From NCBI GenBank assembly GCA_038887515.1, contig JAWAKK010000001.1, positions 448,001 through 512,000 of the forward strand: DNA of 64,000 bases, read 5' to 3'. The stretch comes from Candidatus Nezhaarchaeales archaeon. GTDB lineage: Archaea > Thermoproteota > Methanomethylicia > Nezhaarchaeales > WYZ-LMO8. The translations under genes were made by a program, and so were the position numbers. This document shows, one piece after another, positions 8,872 to 18,226 of this stretch. Positions within the stretch are counted from its first letter, which is position 1. The number at the start of each line of letters is the position of its first letter. Under the pieces are notes generated by a model. The model was not told the DNA's origin. It ran no database searches and saw only the letters and a list, made by a program, of their open reading frames with translations.

Positions 8872-11256
8872 ATGCTTCAAATCAGTAGCGATCTGTCGGC
8901 TCAAGAAAGCGTAGAAAGAGTATTGATATTCGTGTGTAAATGCGGTACAAACATTGCAGGCGTAATAGACGTAGGGCAAGTAATTAGGCACTTTTCAGGT
9001 AAAAGCGGAGTGATTGTTAGGGATCACGAGCACTGTTGTAGCAATGATGGTCTCAAGAAAATAAGGGAAGCAATAAAAGAAGAAAAGGTTTCGAGATTAA
9101 TAATAGCATGTTGCACTCCATCGCTTCATGGAGAGCTGTTCAAAAAAAATGCCGAAGAGGCTGGCTTAAATCGAGGATTCGTGGAGATAGTAAATATACG
9201 AGAACAATGCTCATGGGTTCACTATCATGACCCTGAAAGAGCTACTAACAAGGCGATAGACCTCATAGAGATGGCGCTAGCGGCAGCTCGACATACTGTG
9301 CCAACTAAAGTCCTTAAAGTGCCTGTTGAAAAGGCCGTCCTAGTAATTGGAGGAGGAGTTGCCGGAGTTACTGCAGCACTATTGCTAGCAGAAATGGGCT
9401 TTAAAGTCTATTTAGTAGAGAGGGAGGGCTTCATAGGGGGGCATATGGCTAAGTGGGATAAAGTGTTTCCAACACTGGATTGTAGTATATGCGTCTTAGG
9501 CCCCCAATTATCTAAACTTTACAATCATCAGAACGTAGAGGTACTGACTCTAAGCGAAGTCAAGTCTATAAAGGGTTTTCCAGGAAATTATGAAGTAGAG
9601 ATATTAAAAAAGGCTCGGTACGTTAATGAGAAGCTCTGTAATGGTTGTAATAAATGTCTCGAAGTTTGTCCAATACAATTGCCTAACGAGTATGATTATG
9701 GCATCGGGTTTAGAAGCGCAATAGTGAAGCCGTCGCCGGAAGCCGTCCCACAGGCCCCCTACATAGACTTAAAGCACTGTATTGGATGTTATTGTTGTTT
9801 CGGAGTTTGCGATCCTAAAGCTATAGATTTTAAGGATGAAGATAAAATAATAAAGCTTAAAGTTGGAGCCATAGTCGTCGCCACGGGCTTTAAGCCTTCC
9901 CAATTCAAAGAGCTAGCTGACTACGGCTACGGAAAGATACCGGACGTTGTAACCGGTGCAGAATATGAGAGATTATTGAACAGCTCCGGTCCGACGAATG
10001 GAACTATTGTAAGGATATCTGATGGAAGGAAACCTAAAAAGATAGCCTTTATTCAATGTGTTGGCAGTAGGAGCGATAGGATAGGTCGTAGGTATTGTAG
10101 TAGGGTATGCTGTAACTACGCAATAAAGCAAGCGGTCCAGACTAAACTTGCGAGACCGGAAGTCGATATAGCGATTTTTTACGTAGACATTAGAGCTACG
10201 GGTAAATTGGCCGAAGAGGCCTATAGACGAGCGATGGAGATGGGGATAAGGTTCATAAAAGCTAGGGTGGGCGAAGTCAAGAGGGCGAAAAATGGTAACG
10301 TAAAAGTATTTTACGAAGACATTTTAAGTGGAGAAATTACAGAAGAAGAATTCGATTTAGTGGTCCTGAGTGTAGGGATGGAGCCCCCCGAAGGGCTTAG
10401 AGACATCGCTATAATGACCGGCATCCCTATAGGTGAAGATGGCTTCCTTACTGAGTATCATCTTAAACTCAATCCCGCCGACACTTTCAATAAGGGGATT
10501 TATTTAGCTGGTGCTTGTTCAGGTCCAAAGGACATAACCGAGTCGGTGTCTCAAGCAGGGTTAGCGGCTTCGAGGATCTCAGAGCTCTTATTAAGAGGGG
10601 AAGTCGAAGTCGAGGTGTATGCTCCAATAGTGGATAGGACTAAGTGTAGGCTTTGCTTTAACTGTGTGAGAGTCTGTCCATTTAATTCCTTAAAACCCAG
10701 CAAGGGTGCTGTTGAAGTTGACGAAATAAGTTGTAGGGGTTGCGGGGCATGTATAGCGGCCTGCCCGACGGGTGCTCTAATTCCTCAAGGAAGTCTAAAT
10801 AATGAACAGATCTCAGCCATGCTGAAAGCTCTACTATCGAGGAAGAGCGAGTTTCCACTTATAGTGGCTTTTATGTGTATGTGGTGTAGTTATGCTGCAG
10901 CTGACAATGCTGGTTTGAGTAAAATCGTCTATCCTACGAACATTAGGATTATAAGAGTACCCTGCACCGTAAGAGTTTCTCCAAGTAATATATTAGAGGC
11001 TTTTAAGCTAGGAGCAGATGGGGTCATGGTACTTGGCTGTTACGAGCAAGACTGTCACTATAGAGTTGGAAGGAAGAGAGCTAACGAAAGGGTTAGAACG
11101 CTGAAAGAGCTATTAAGAAACGTCGGAATAAACCCTGAAAGACTCGTAATTGATGGCGTCGCAGCTTCAGAAGGTAAAAAGTTAGCGGAACTAGTGAGGT
11201 CCTTTGTTGAGGAAATTACTAAACTTGGCCCAATAGGCTCAGAGTTCGGGGTGTAG
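8872..11256 (+). CDS. hdrA: Heterodisulfide reductase subunit A fused to MvhD
   Basis: CKCGTNIAG, REQCSWVH, GGGVAG, DKVFPTLDCSIC, QCVGSR, YCSRVCC, GPKDI; C-terminal MvhD FMCMWCSY..GCYEQDCHY. Confidence 0.93.
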   Translation: MLQISSDLSAQESVERVLIFVCKCGTNIAGVIDVGQVIRHFSGKSGVIVRDHEHCCSNDGLKKIREAIKEEKVSRLIIACCTPSLHGELFKKNAEEAGLNRGFVEIVNIREQCSWVHYHDPERATNKAIDLIEMALAAARHTVPTKVLKVPVEKAVLVIGGGVAGVTAALLLAEMGFKVYLVEREGFIGGHMAKWDKVFPTLDCSICVLGPQLSKLYNHQNVEVLTLSEVKSIKGFPGNYEVEILKKARYVNEKLCNGCNKCLEVCPIQLPNEYDYGIGFRSAIVKPSPEAVPQAPYIDLKHCIGCYCCFGVCDPKAIDFKDEDKIIKLKVGAIVVATGFKPSQFKELADYGYGKIPDVVTGAEYERLLNSSGPTNGTIVRISDGRKPKKIAFIQCVGSRSDRIGRRYCSRVCCNYAIKQAVQTKLARPEVDIAIFYVDIRATGKLAEEAYRRAMEMGIRFIKARVGEVKRAKNGNVKVFYEDILSGEITEEEFDLVVLSVGMEPPEGLRDIAIMTGIPIGEDGFLTEYHLKLNPADTFNKGIYLAGACSGPKDITESVSQAGLAASRISELLLRGEVEVEVYAPIVDRTKCRLCFNCVRVCPFNSLKPSKGAVEVDEISCRGCGACIAACPTGALIPQGSLNNEQISAMLKALLSRKSEFPLIVAFMCMWCSYAAADNAGLSKIVYPTNIRIIRVPCTVRVSPSNILEAFKLGADGVMVLGCYEQDCHYRVGRKRANERVRTLKELLRNVGINPERLVIDGVAASEGKKLAELVRSFVEEITKLGPIGSEFGV

Positions 11257-12564
11257 ATGTTGAAAGCCTCTAAACCGATGGTCGAGGTCGAAGTGGGAGA
11301 GAAGATTCTAGGGTATAAGTGGAAGGCTCCCATCCTGGAGAAGAAGCTCTTCTATCGCCTCGACAAGTGCTTTGGTTGTGGACTCTGCGAAGTCGTTTGC
11401 CCAGTAGGAGCAATATTCATGGGACCTGTGAAGGAAATAGCATCGGGTAGAGTTGAAGCACCATATGTAATGATTGATGAAACAAAGTGCGTGGTCTGCA
11501 CGCTCTGTTCGTCCATATGTCCTTCAGGAGCACTAGAATTCAAGTATCGATCAGAACTCGAATACCCAAAGGTAAGAGGTCGTATAGAGGTAGATACAAA
11601 AAAGTGCATTCCATGTCTGCTTTGTGAGAAAATATGCCCGAGAAAAGCCATCAAAGTCGAGGTCTCACTCAAAAAGAAGAACGAGCTAGTAAAATATGTC
11701 AAAGAAGGCGAGTCGTGGGGTAAGGGTAATATAAGTATTGATGTTAAAAAGTGTTGCTATTGCGGTCTATGCGAGCTTTTGTGCGACGCCATAAAAATAG
11801 AGTGGGCTAAACCTAGACCACCCGATTTTAGACCTGGATTATCAGTAACGATAGATAAGACTGAGTGTGATTACTGCGGTCTATGCGAAAGAGTTTGCCC
11901 AGTAGGAGCAATAAAAGTTGAGTGCATAGAGTCTGCTCCTAGAGAGATAAAGGAGCCGGCCATCGAGGGCACAATAAAGATAAGCGAAGACTGCATTTGG
12001 TGTGGGCTATGTAGCAGTTTTTGCCCAGTAAACGCAATTAAGGTTGAAAAGCCCTTTGATGGTGAAGTCTTTATGGTTGAACCTAATGAATGCGATCCTT
12101 CAGGATGTAAGAATTGCATAAACGTATGCCCGATAAACATCGTTTACGTGTCCAAGCCGCCCTCGAAGAGCAAAATGCTTTTCGCTAAGAATTATTGCAT
12201 ATTCTGCGGAGCATGCGAAAAAGCTTGCCCGGTAAATGCTATACGAGTTATAAGAAAGAACATGAGACTTGAGGGCTTAAGTTCTCTTTGGTTTAACATG
12301 AACATTGAATACTTAAATAGAGTATTAGTTGGTTATAAACCTCCTAAACCCAGCATTTACCATAGAGCTGTCAGAGTGGAAGAGACATTAACGGTACCTC
12401 AGCCATCAGCTTCAATGCCTCAGACACCAAAAGGCTTTAGTACACTCGTTGAGAAAGTTGAAAGGCTTATGAAGTTACTATCAGGCACGGCCGAGAGACT
12501 GATGTTCGAGAATTCTAAGATTGATGAGTTACTACTTAAATTAAGAGGTGAAAAGCTTGATTAA
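11257..12564 (+). CDS. fwdF: Polyferredoxin, FwdF-like
   Basis: About eight CxxCxxCxxxC(P) motifs. Confidence 0.8.
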   Translation: MLKASKPMVEVEVGEKILGYKWKAPILEKKLFYRLDKCFGCGLCEVVCPVGAIFMGPVKEIASGRVEAPYVMIDETKCVVCTLCSSICPSGALEFKYRSELEYPKVRGRIEVDTKKCIPCLLCEKICPRKAIKVEVSLKKKNELVKYVKEGESWGKGNISIDVKKCCYCGLCELLCDAIKIEWAKPRPPDFRPGLSVTIDKTECDYCGLCERVCPVGAIKVECIESAPREIKEPAIEGTIKISEDCIWCGLCSSFCPVNAIKVEKPFDGEVFMVEPNECDPSGCKNCINVCPINIVYVSKPPSKSKMLFAKNYCIFCGACEKACPVNAIRVIRKNMRLEGLSSLWFNMNIEYLNRVLVGYKPPKPSIYHRAVRVEETLTVPQPSASMPQTPKGFSTLVEKVERLMKLLSGTAERLMFENSKIDELLLKLRGEKLD

Positions 12565-12900
12565 GCTTGTAGGTTCTCCTGCAGACTTCGAAACCCTGAC
12601 TTTGATTGGCAATAATTGCTCGCCCGGCCCAACTAGAGCCATGGCGTGCGGAGAAGGCGGCATAAACGTTAAGCCCTTCTTGACTTCGCTTCTAACTCTT
12701 GCCCGAACTTTTACCGAGCCATGCTTTGAACGTACCTCTACTACATCGCCTTCATTTACTCCAATGGATGAGGCGTCTTCCGGGCTCATGTATATCGTTG
12801 CCGATTCCCTCGCATATTCATCACTTAAAGAGCCAAAACGCTTTGCTTTTTCAAAGTCGTGGAAGCTCTCAATTAATAAGTCCACTTCTAGCTCGATCAC
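12541..12900 (-). CDS. fwdD: FwdD-like molybdopterin dinucleotide-binding subunit (antisense to surrounding cluster; probable GTG start 12900)
   Basis: SDEY....ATIYMSPEDA..IGV.EGD.VEV.SKHGSV.VRA......G..FMP.SPHA.ALV. Confidence 0.8.
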   Translation of the reverse strand: MIELEVDLLIESFHDFEKAKRFGSLSDEYARESATIYMSPEDASSIGVNEGDVVEVRSKHGSVKVRARVRSEVKKGLTFMPPSPHAMALVGPGEQLLPIKVRVSKSAGEPTSLIKLFTS

Positions 12901-12915
12901 AAGAGACGCAAGGGG

Positions 12916-13401
12916 GTGGGCTTCATAAATAATTTTCTTGAAGCCAGAAGGTGCATTCAATGCGGTGCCTGCACCTCGGTCTGCCCCGTATCCAAGGCAA
13001 CGAGAAAGTTTAACCCTAGACTACTGATGTATGCAGCTAAAAGAGGGGTAATAGTTAAAAGTGATGACGTATGGTTCTGCCTAAGATGTCATGCCTGTGA
13101 AGCTAAATGCCCGAATTCTATCAAGATACCGGACATCATAACTTATATGAGAAGCAAAATTTTGGAGGAAGGTTATGAGAAAAGAGTTATCGAGTTCTAT
13201 TTAGATACTGTAAAGACGCTGCTTGATAGCGGTTTAACGATTGTAGCATCTAATAATAAAATAGAGGAATTTAAGGTTGAGAATGGGTTAAATATCCCTT
13301 CATTTACGGAGGAAGTAAAGTCAGAACTTTGGGGCTTCTTGAGGAAAATTAACTTAGAAAGCAGATTAAGAGACGTGATGAAAATTGATAAAAGACTTTA
13401 G
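12916..13401 (+). CDS. hdrC: Heterodisulfide reductase subunit C
   Basis: CIQCGACTSVCP, FNPR, WFCLRCHACEAKCP. Confidence 0.85.
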   Translation: MGFINNFLEARRCIQCGACTSVCPVSKATRKFNPRLLMYAAKRGVIVKSDDVWFCLRCHACEAKCPNSIKIPDIITYMRSKILEEGYEKRVIEFYLDTVKTLLDSGLTIVASNNKIEEFKVENGLNIPSFTEEVKSELWGFLRKINLESRLRDVMKIDKRL

Positions 13402-14242
13402 CGCGGAGGCCATCCTTTTCCCTGGATGTAGGGCCCTCAACAAATATCCTGGAATCTCTAGTTCATCACTCGAAGTCTTAAAGTTGCTAGGCCTAAAGGT
13501 AAAGCTTCCTACGAACATTTTATGTTGTGGGCGTCCCGTCGAGAGCACAGGGATATTAAAAGATGAGCAAACGAATGCACTGGCCTACTTTAACTTGACT
13601 AAGCTGATGGATAAACCAAGATACTTAATCGTAGTGTGTAATGGCTGCTATTCTGTCTTTAGTAGGGCGTTGAGTTTAAGAGAACTTAAATCCGAATACG
13701 GAATTGACCCTGAATGTTTTCACGTAGCAGAGGTCGTATGGCTCAAGAGGCATGATCTTGCTAAAAAAGCCAAGCTAAACTTCAATAAACTGAAGGTCGC
13801 AGTTCAAGTTGGTTGCCACTACCTTTACTCTCCATATCGAGAAACCATTAAGGGGGAGGAAGGAGAAGATATACTAGAAGATATAGCGCTGGCTTTCAAC
13901 GCTAAAGTGGTGGACTACGAAGAAAAACGTACTTGCTGCGGAGGTCCGGTTATTAAGTGGCTTGGACACGTTACCTCTACAATATCGCACGAAAAAGCGA
14001 AAAGCTTCATAGAAAGCGATGCAGACTTGCTTTTAACTATGTGTCCAACTTGTTTGGCTACGCTCGATAAAGCTCAACAAGAGCTTATGAATTTAGGGAA
14101 AGTTGAAAGGACCATACCTATACTACATGTATCTCAATTCGTTGCTCTAGCACTTGGCTTTGACTCCGTAAAGACCTTAGGGTTTCATCTACAGCTTTCA
14201 CATCAAGAACTTCAAGCCCTCCACTCTATATTGAACGTTTAG
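13385..14242 (+). CDS. hdrB: Heterodisulfide reductase subunit B
   Basis: Two complete CCG domains: FPGC/CCG/CNGC and GCH/CCG/CPTC. Confidence 0.85.
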   Translation: MIKDFSAEAILFPGCRALNKYPGISSSSLEVLKLLGLKVKLPTNILCCGRPVESTGILKDEQTNALAYFNLTKLMDKPRYLIVVCNGCYSVFSRALSLRELKSEYGIDPECFHVAEVVWLKRHDLAKKAKLNFNKLKVAVQVGCHYLYSPYRETIKGEEGEDILEDIALAFNAKVVDYEEKRTCCGGPVIKWLGHVTSTISHEKAKSFIESDADLLLTMCPTCLATLDKAQQELMNLGKVERTIPILHVSQFVALALGFDSVKTLGFHLQLSHQELQALHSILNV

Positions 14243-15306
14243 GTTGACCCTCCTTCTCTAATCTCCCCTTCGACTTCGGGTTGAAGAAGGGACGCTAAAG
14301 CTATTATTGCGCTTGAAGCGGCGAAGTCGGTTGCTATAGTCACACCCGGGCATAGATCAACGACTGCAGAGGCGTACCTAAAGACGCCTTTAGGTATGCC
14401 TTCCCTCGAGCCCACTAAGACGTTCACCCTCTTGCCGCTTAACAGAAGCGTTCTAAGCTTATCGGCAATTGAGCCAACATATTCTCCCTCGGGCTCGAAG
14501 ACTATAATAACCTCACCGGACCTCTCTCTTACGAGCTGAAATAGATCTTGAACTAGTATCGGAACTCTGTAGACTTCCCTCCCATAAACTCTACGTTGAA
14601 CCTCGTACCTCGTCTTCATGCCATCATAGAGCCCGTCTATGAAGTCTCTTAGTTGCTTGGCATTTACTGCACCTATTATCGCTACGACGAGTTCACCTAC
14701 TTCAAACGTTTGTACTGCCCGACCTATCCTTATACCCATGTTCTTAGAAGCTTTTTCGTCTCCTAGGTATGGTAATTGGACGACAGAGATCTTCCTTAGA
14801 ACCCTTATAATGGGCTTCTTTTGGGGTGTTATCTTCTTGAACTCTTCGCTGCCCGGATAAACAGTTATGTATGCTTCATCCCCTACTATCTCTATAGCCA
14901 CAACCTTGTCCGGTTTATCTAAGTTCACGGTAGCACCCGTAGCTTCCTTAATAGCAGCCCCGACCGCTACATTAACGTCGATGCTAGTGAATTTGTGTCT
15001 TCCCCGCCTAGTAGTTCTAACGGCAAATGTTTCGTCGGGTCCTATAAGGCCATTAATCGCTTCAACTGCGACACTTGTTATCTCTTTGAGTTCTGCTTTG
15101 CATTTGACTATGGATTTTATAGCCCTTTCTATTTCAACAACTTCTTCATTAATCTTCTTCAGGAGTTCGTCTTCATTTGTCGATTCTATGAGTATTACCC
15201 CCGCAAAACCTTGAGGTGAAATCTGAACCTTAGCTTGAGGACAGAGTTCCCTTATCCTTGCTGCTGCCACCTTCTCCATTCCTAGTAAGGTTTTAGCTAT
15301 TATCAA
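14239..15306 (-). CDS. THUMP + SPOUT RNA methyltransferase
   Basis: TFAVRTTRRG.H.FTSIDVN..VG THUMP; EPEG, GSREGIP, DLCPG SPOUT knot. Confidence 0.8.
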   Translation of the reverse strand: MIIAKTLLGMEKVAAARIRELCPQAKVQISPQGFAGVILIESTNEDELLKKINEEVVEIERAIKSIVKCKAELKEITSVAVEAINGLIGPDETFAVRTTRRGRHKFTSIDVNVAVGAAIKEATGATVNLDKPDKVVAIEIVGDEAYITVYPGSEEFKKITPQKKPIIRVLRKISVVQLPYLGDEKASKNMGIRIGRAVQTFEVGELVVAIIGAVNAKQLRDFIDGLYDGMKTRYEVQRRVYGREVYRVPILVQDLFQLVRERSGEVIIVFEPEGEYVGSIADKLRTLLLSGKRVNVLVGSREGIPKGVFRYASAVVDLCPGVTIATDFAASSAIIALASLLQPEVEGEIREGGST

Positions 15307-15385
15307 GGCTTACCCCTAAATCTTTATACCGGAGATTTTGAAAATGTTCATATTGGGCTATGAGCTAGCATGTCGCGCCTGACTT

Positions 15386-15443
15386 GTGATGATGCCCTCA
15401 ATACGCGAGCCCGGCCTACCGATGTCTTTACAAGCTAAGCTGA
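15386..15443 (+). ncRNA. Candidate C/D box guide sRNA
   Basis: GTGATGA - 12 nt - GCGA ... CCGATGT - 14 nt - CTGA, 58 nt, intergenic; internal boxes degenerate. Confidence 0.45.
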
Positions 15444-15470
15444 GATGCCACAGTAGCTTTAGAGGGATAA

Positions 15471-16517
15471 TCATATAAGTGAAAGCCATTTGCTACCACC
15501 TTGCTGGAGTGATCCAACTATATTTATTTTCTCCCCGCACTTTGGACACGAATTGTCGATGGTAAGTCTCCACTTCAATATATCAAATGAAAACCTTTCC
15601 ACTAACACTTCTCTACAATTGGGGCAGTACGTGTGTTCAAGTCTATGTCCTGGAACGTTGCCTATATAGACGTACTTCAGTCCGACGTCCATAGCTACTT
15701 CAGCGGCCTTCTCTAAAATTTGTATTGGAGTTGAGGGGACGTCGAGCAACTGATAGTCAGGGTGGAACTTTAATATGTGGAAAGGGGTATCCTTACCTAG
15801 GACTTCTACTATCCTTAATGCCAGCCCTCTAAGGCTTTCTAAGTCATCTCCATACTTAGTGACTACGAGATTAGTCACTTCGACAAAGATGCCGCACTTC
15901 TTCATCTCCTTTAAAGTCTCAAATATTGGTTCAGGATCTGGGACAGACATAAACTGCCTATAAAAATTAGGGTCTCCTGAACCCTTGAAGTCAACAGTTG
16001 CAGCGTTGAGGTATTGACTTATAGTTTTGACGGCTTCGGGGGTCATATAACCGTTGGTAACAAACGTGTTGAAGAGGCCCTTTCCTTGAGATAACTTCGC
16101 TGTATCATAGGCGTACTCGAAGAATATCGTTGGCTCGGTGTAGGTGTAACTTATCCCTTGGCAACCATGCTTTATGGATGCAGAGACAACCTTTTCGGGC
16201 GGAAAGTCGAAGCCCTCTATTTCCCTGCTTTGGCTTATGACCCAATTGTCGCAGAACTTACATCTAAAGTTGCAACCTATGGTCGCTATACTCATCACGG
16301 CCGACCCGGGGTAATAATGGAAGAGAGGCTTCTTTTCTATGGGGTCTATGTTAGCGGTTATCGCTTTTCCATAAACTAAGGTGTACAGTATACCGTTAAT
16401 GTTCTTTCTAACACCACAAAAGCCTACACTACCTTTTGATATTCGGCACCTCCTGTGACATAGATTACATTCAACACTGCCATCGGATAGCTGAGAATAC
16501 AACATCGCTTCTTTCAA
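15471..16517 (-). CDS. amrS: AmmeMemoRadiSam system radical SAM enzyme
   Basis: CNLCHRRC, DPIEKKPLFH, GCNFRCKFCDNW, YTYTEP, YVYIGNVPG. Confidence 0.9.
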   Translation of the reverse strand: MKEAMLYSQLSDGSVECNLCHRRCRISKGSVGFCGVRKNINGILYTLVYGKAITANIDPIEKKPLFHYYPGSAVMSIATIGCNFRCKFCDNWVISQSREIEGFDFPPEKVVSASIKHGCQGISYTYTEPTIFFEYAYDTAKLSQGKGLFNTFVTNGYMTPEAVKTISQYLNAATVDFKGSGDPNFYRQFMSVPDPEPIFETLKEMKKCGIFVEVTNLVVTKYGDDLESLRGLALRIVEVLGKDTPFHILKFHPDYQLLDVPSTPIQILEKAAEVAMDVGLKYVYIGNVPGHRLEHTYCPNCREVLVERFSFDILKWRLTIDNSCPKCGEKINIVGSLQQGGSKWLSLI

Positions 16518-16666
16518 TTACGGTCTCCCCAACAACCCTTGTGTAGAAGCCTCATTTCAAGCTTATTGTTACTATAAAGCGAGCTTACAGAGATTATGAA
16601 AAAGTTATAAGCTAGATCCTTCTAAGTTCTAGATCCTAAACTTCGAAAACGACCTTCACAACCTTG

Positions 16667-18226
16667 TTATTGTCTTTGGGGGAACCCTCCAAACTTCTCT
16701 CTCAGTTCCCTATACAGGATCTTCCAGCCACCCATTCTCGGCAGGCTGTCGAGGAATATTACGTAGCGCGGTACCTTATAGCTAGCTATCCTCTCCTTGC
16801 AGAACTCTATTATCTCTTCACTAGTTGCCTCGACGCCCGGCTTTAAAACTATGGCTGCAGCCGGAACCTCCCCCCTTCTTTCATCGTATTTAGCAAAGAC
16901 CGCTGCCTCGGCAACTTTAGGGTGCTTAAGTAGTACGCTTTCGACTTCGGCTGGATATATTTTCCAACCAGACATTATTATCACGTCCTTCTTCCTCGCA
17001 GTTACGTATAGGATCCCCTCGTCTAGATAGCCTAAATCGCCCGTCAAGAACCAACCATCTTGTAGAAATGCCTTTGCCGTCTCCTCTGGGTTTCTCCAGT
17101 AGCCCTTGGCTACTCCGGGACCCCTCAAAGCTATCTCTCCCACCTCTCCCGGTTTTAGTTCTATCGACGGGTTTTCTGGATCGACTATCTTGACCTCACA
17201 ATAGCTTACCGGTGCTCCAACACTCTTGAACCCTTTAGATAAATGTTGGAAGGAGAAAGACACCGCGGTAGCCGTCCCTACGACGATAGTTTCAGAAAGT
17301 CCATATGCATTGACCACCTCTATGTGAGGGTACCTCTCCGTGAACCTTCTCCAAAGTTCTTCAGGTGTTGGCGCTCCACCAGTTATTATACACCTGGCGC
17401 TTCTGAGCTTATCCTCGGAGCCTGGAGGCGCGTGAAGCAGTGAATAAAGTACTGGAGGCATCCCGGATAGGATCGTAGCCCTGTTTTCATCCGCCAACTT
17501 CAAGTACTCGTCCAGGTTGAAGCGCTCCATGATCACGAAGGTTGCCCCGTACCTTAATGCTGTTATCCCCCAACTGACACCAACGTGAAAATGCGGATAG
17601 ATTCCGAGGTATACGTCGCTCTCCGTTAACTTTAAAACCCATCTTTCAGCTTCGACGGCTGCCATCCAGTTCCCGTGAGTCAACATCGCACCTTTAGGTC
17701 TACCGGTAGTCCCCGACGTATACTGTATTTGACATAAGTCGTCGAACGAGCAATTCTCAGGGACGCATTTAGTAGCTGAAGTCTCTATTACCTCACTTAT
17801 GCTGATGGTACTGCCAACACCTTCAAGCGATAGGACCTTTACTTCACTTAAGTCGACATTAACCTTTGGCAGTACGTTAATGCAAACGTCGTCTAACGCT
17901 ATTATAACCTTCGGTTCGGAGTCGTTTATTATGTTCGTTAGTTCCTCCGACTTGAAGTCCGGATTGACCGGAACCGCTATCGCCCCTATCCTCCAGATGG
18001 CAAAGTAACTTATTATGGTCTCAGGCCTATTGCCAGTACACACTATTGCTCTGTCCCCCTTTCGAAGTCCAAGATTCTTCAGTCCATTGGCTAGCCTACT
18101 AACTTTTTCAAGAAGTTCCCTATAGGTAATGGTCTCTTGCCCTTTCGGGTACACGATTGCCTGTTTGGCACCATAATATATGGAGTTGGAGTCTAAGAAA
18201 GATGTGAAGTTAACCATTAGCATCAC
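16667..18226 (-). CDS. AMP-forming acyl-CoA synthetase (long-chain fatty acid-CoA ligase family)
   Basis: YTSGTTGRPKG, YGLSE, GWFLTGDLG, YKVPR. Confidence 0.9.
   Translation of the reverse strand: MMLMVNFTSFLDSNSIYYGAKQAIVYPKGQETITYRELLEKVSRLANGLKNLGLRKGDRAIVCTGNRPETIISYFAIWRIGAIAVPVNPDFKSEELTNIINDSEPKVIIALDDVCINVLPKVNVDLSEVKVLSLEGVGSTISISEVIETSATKCVPENCSFDDLCQIQYTSGTTGRPKGAMLTHGNWMAAVEAERWVLKLTESDVYLGIYPHFHVGVSWGITALRYGATFVIMERFNLDEYLKLADENRATILSGMPPVLYSLLHAPPGSEDKLRSARCIITGGAPTPEELWRRFTERYPHIEVVNAYGLSETIVVGTATAVSFSFQHLSKGFKSVGAPVSYCEVKIVDPENPSIELKPGEVGEIALRGPGVAKGYWRNPEETAKAFLQDGWFLTGDLGYLDEGILYVTARKKDVIIMSGWKIYPAEVESVLLKHPKVAEAAVFAKYDERRGEVPAAAIVLKPGVEATSEEIIEFCKERIASYKVPRYVIFLDSLPRMGGWKILYRELREKFGGFPQRQ

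Noticed and set aside
12548-12928. 126-aa plus-strand ORF apparently filling the operon
   Set aside because: No recognisable motifs and exactly antisense to a clear FwdD; long antisense ORFs are common in this window. Mentioned only as a possible coupling ORF.
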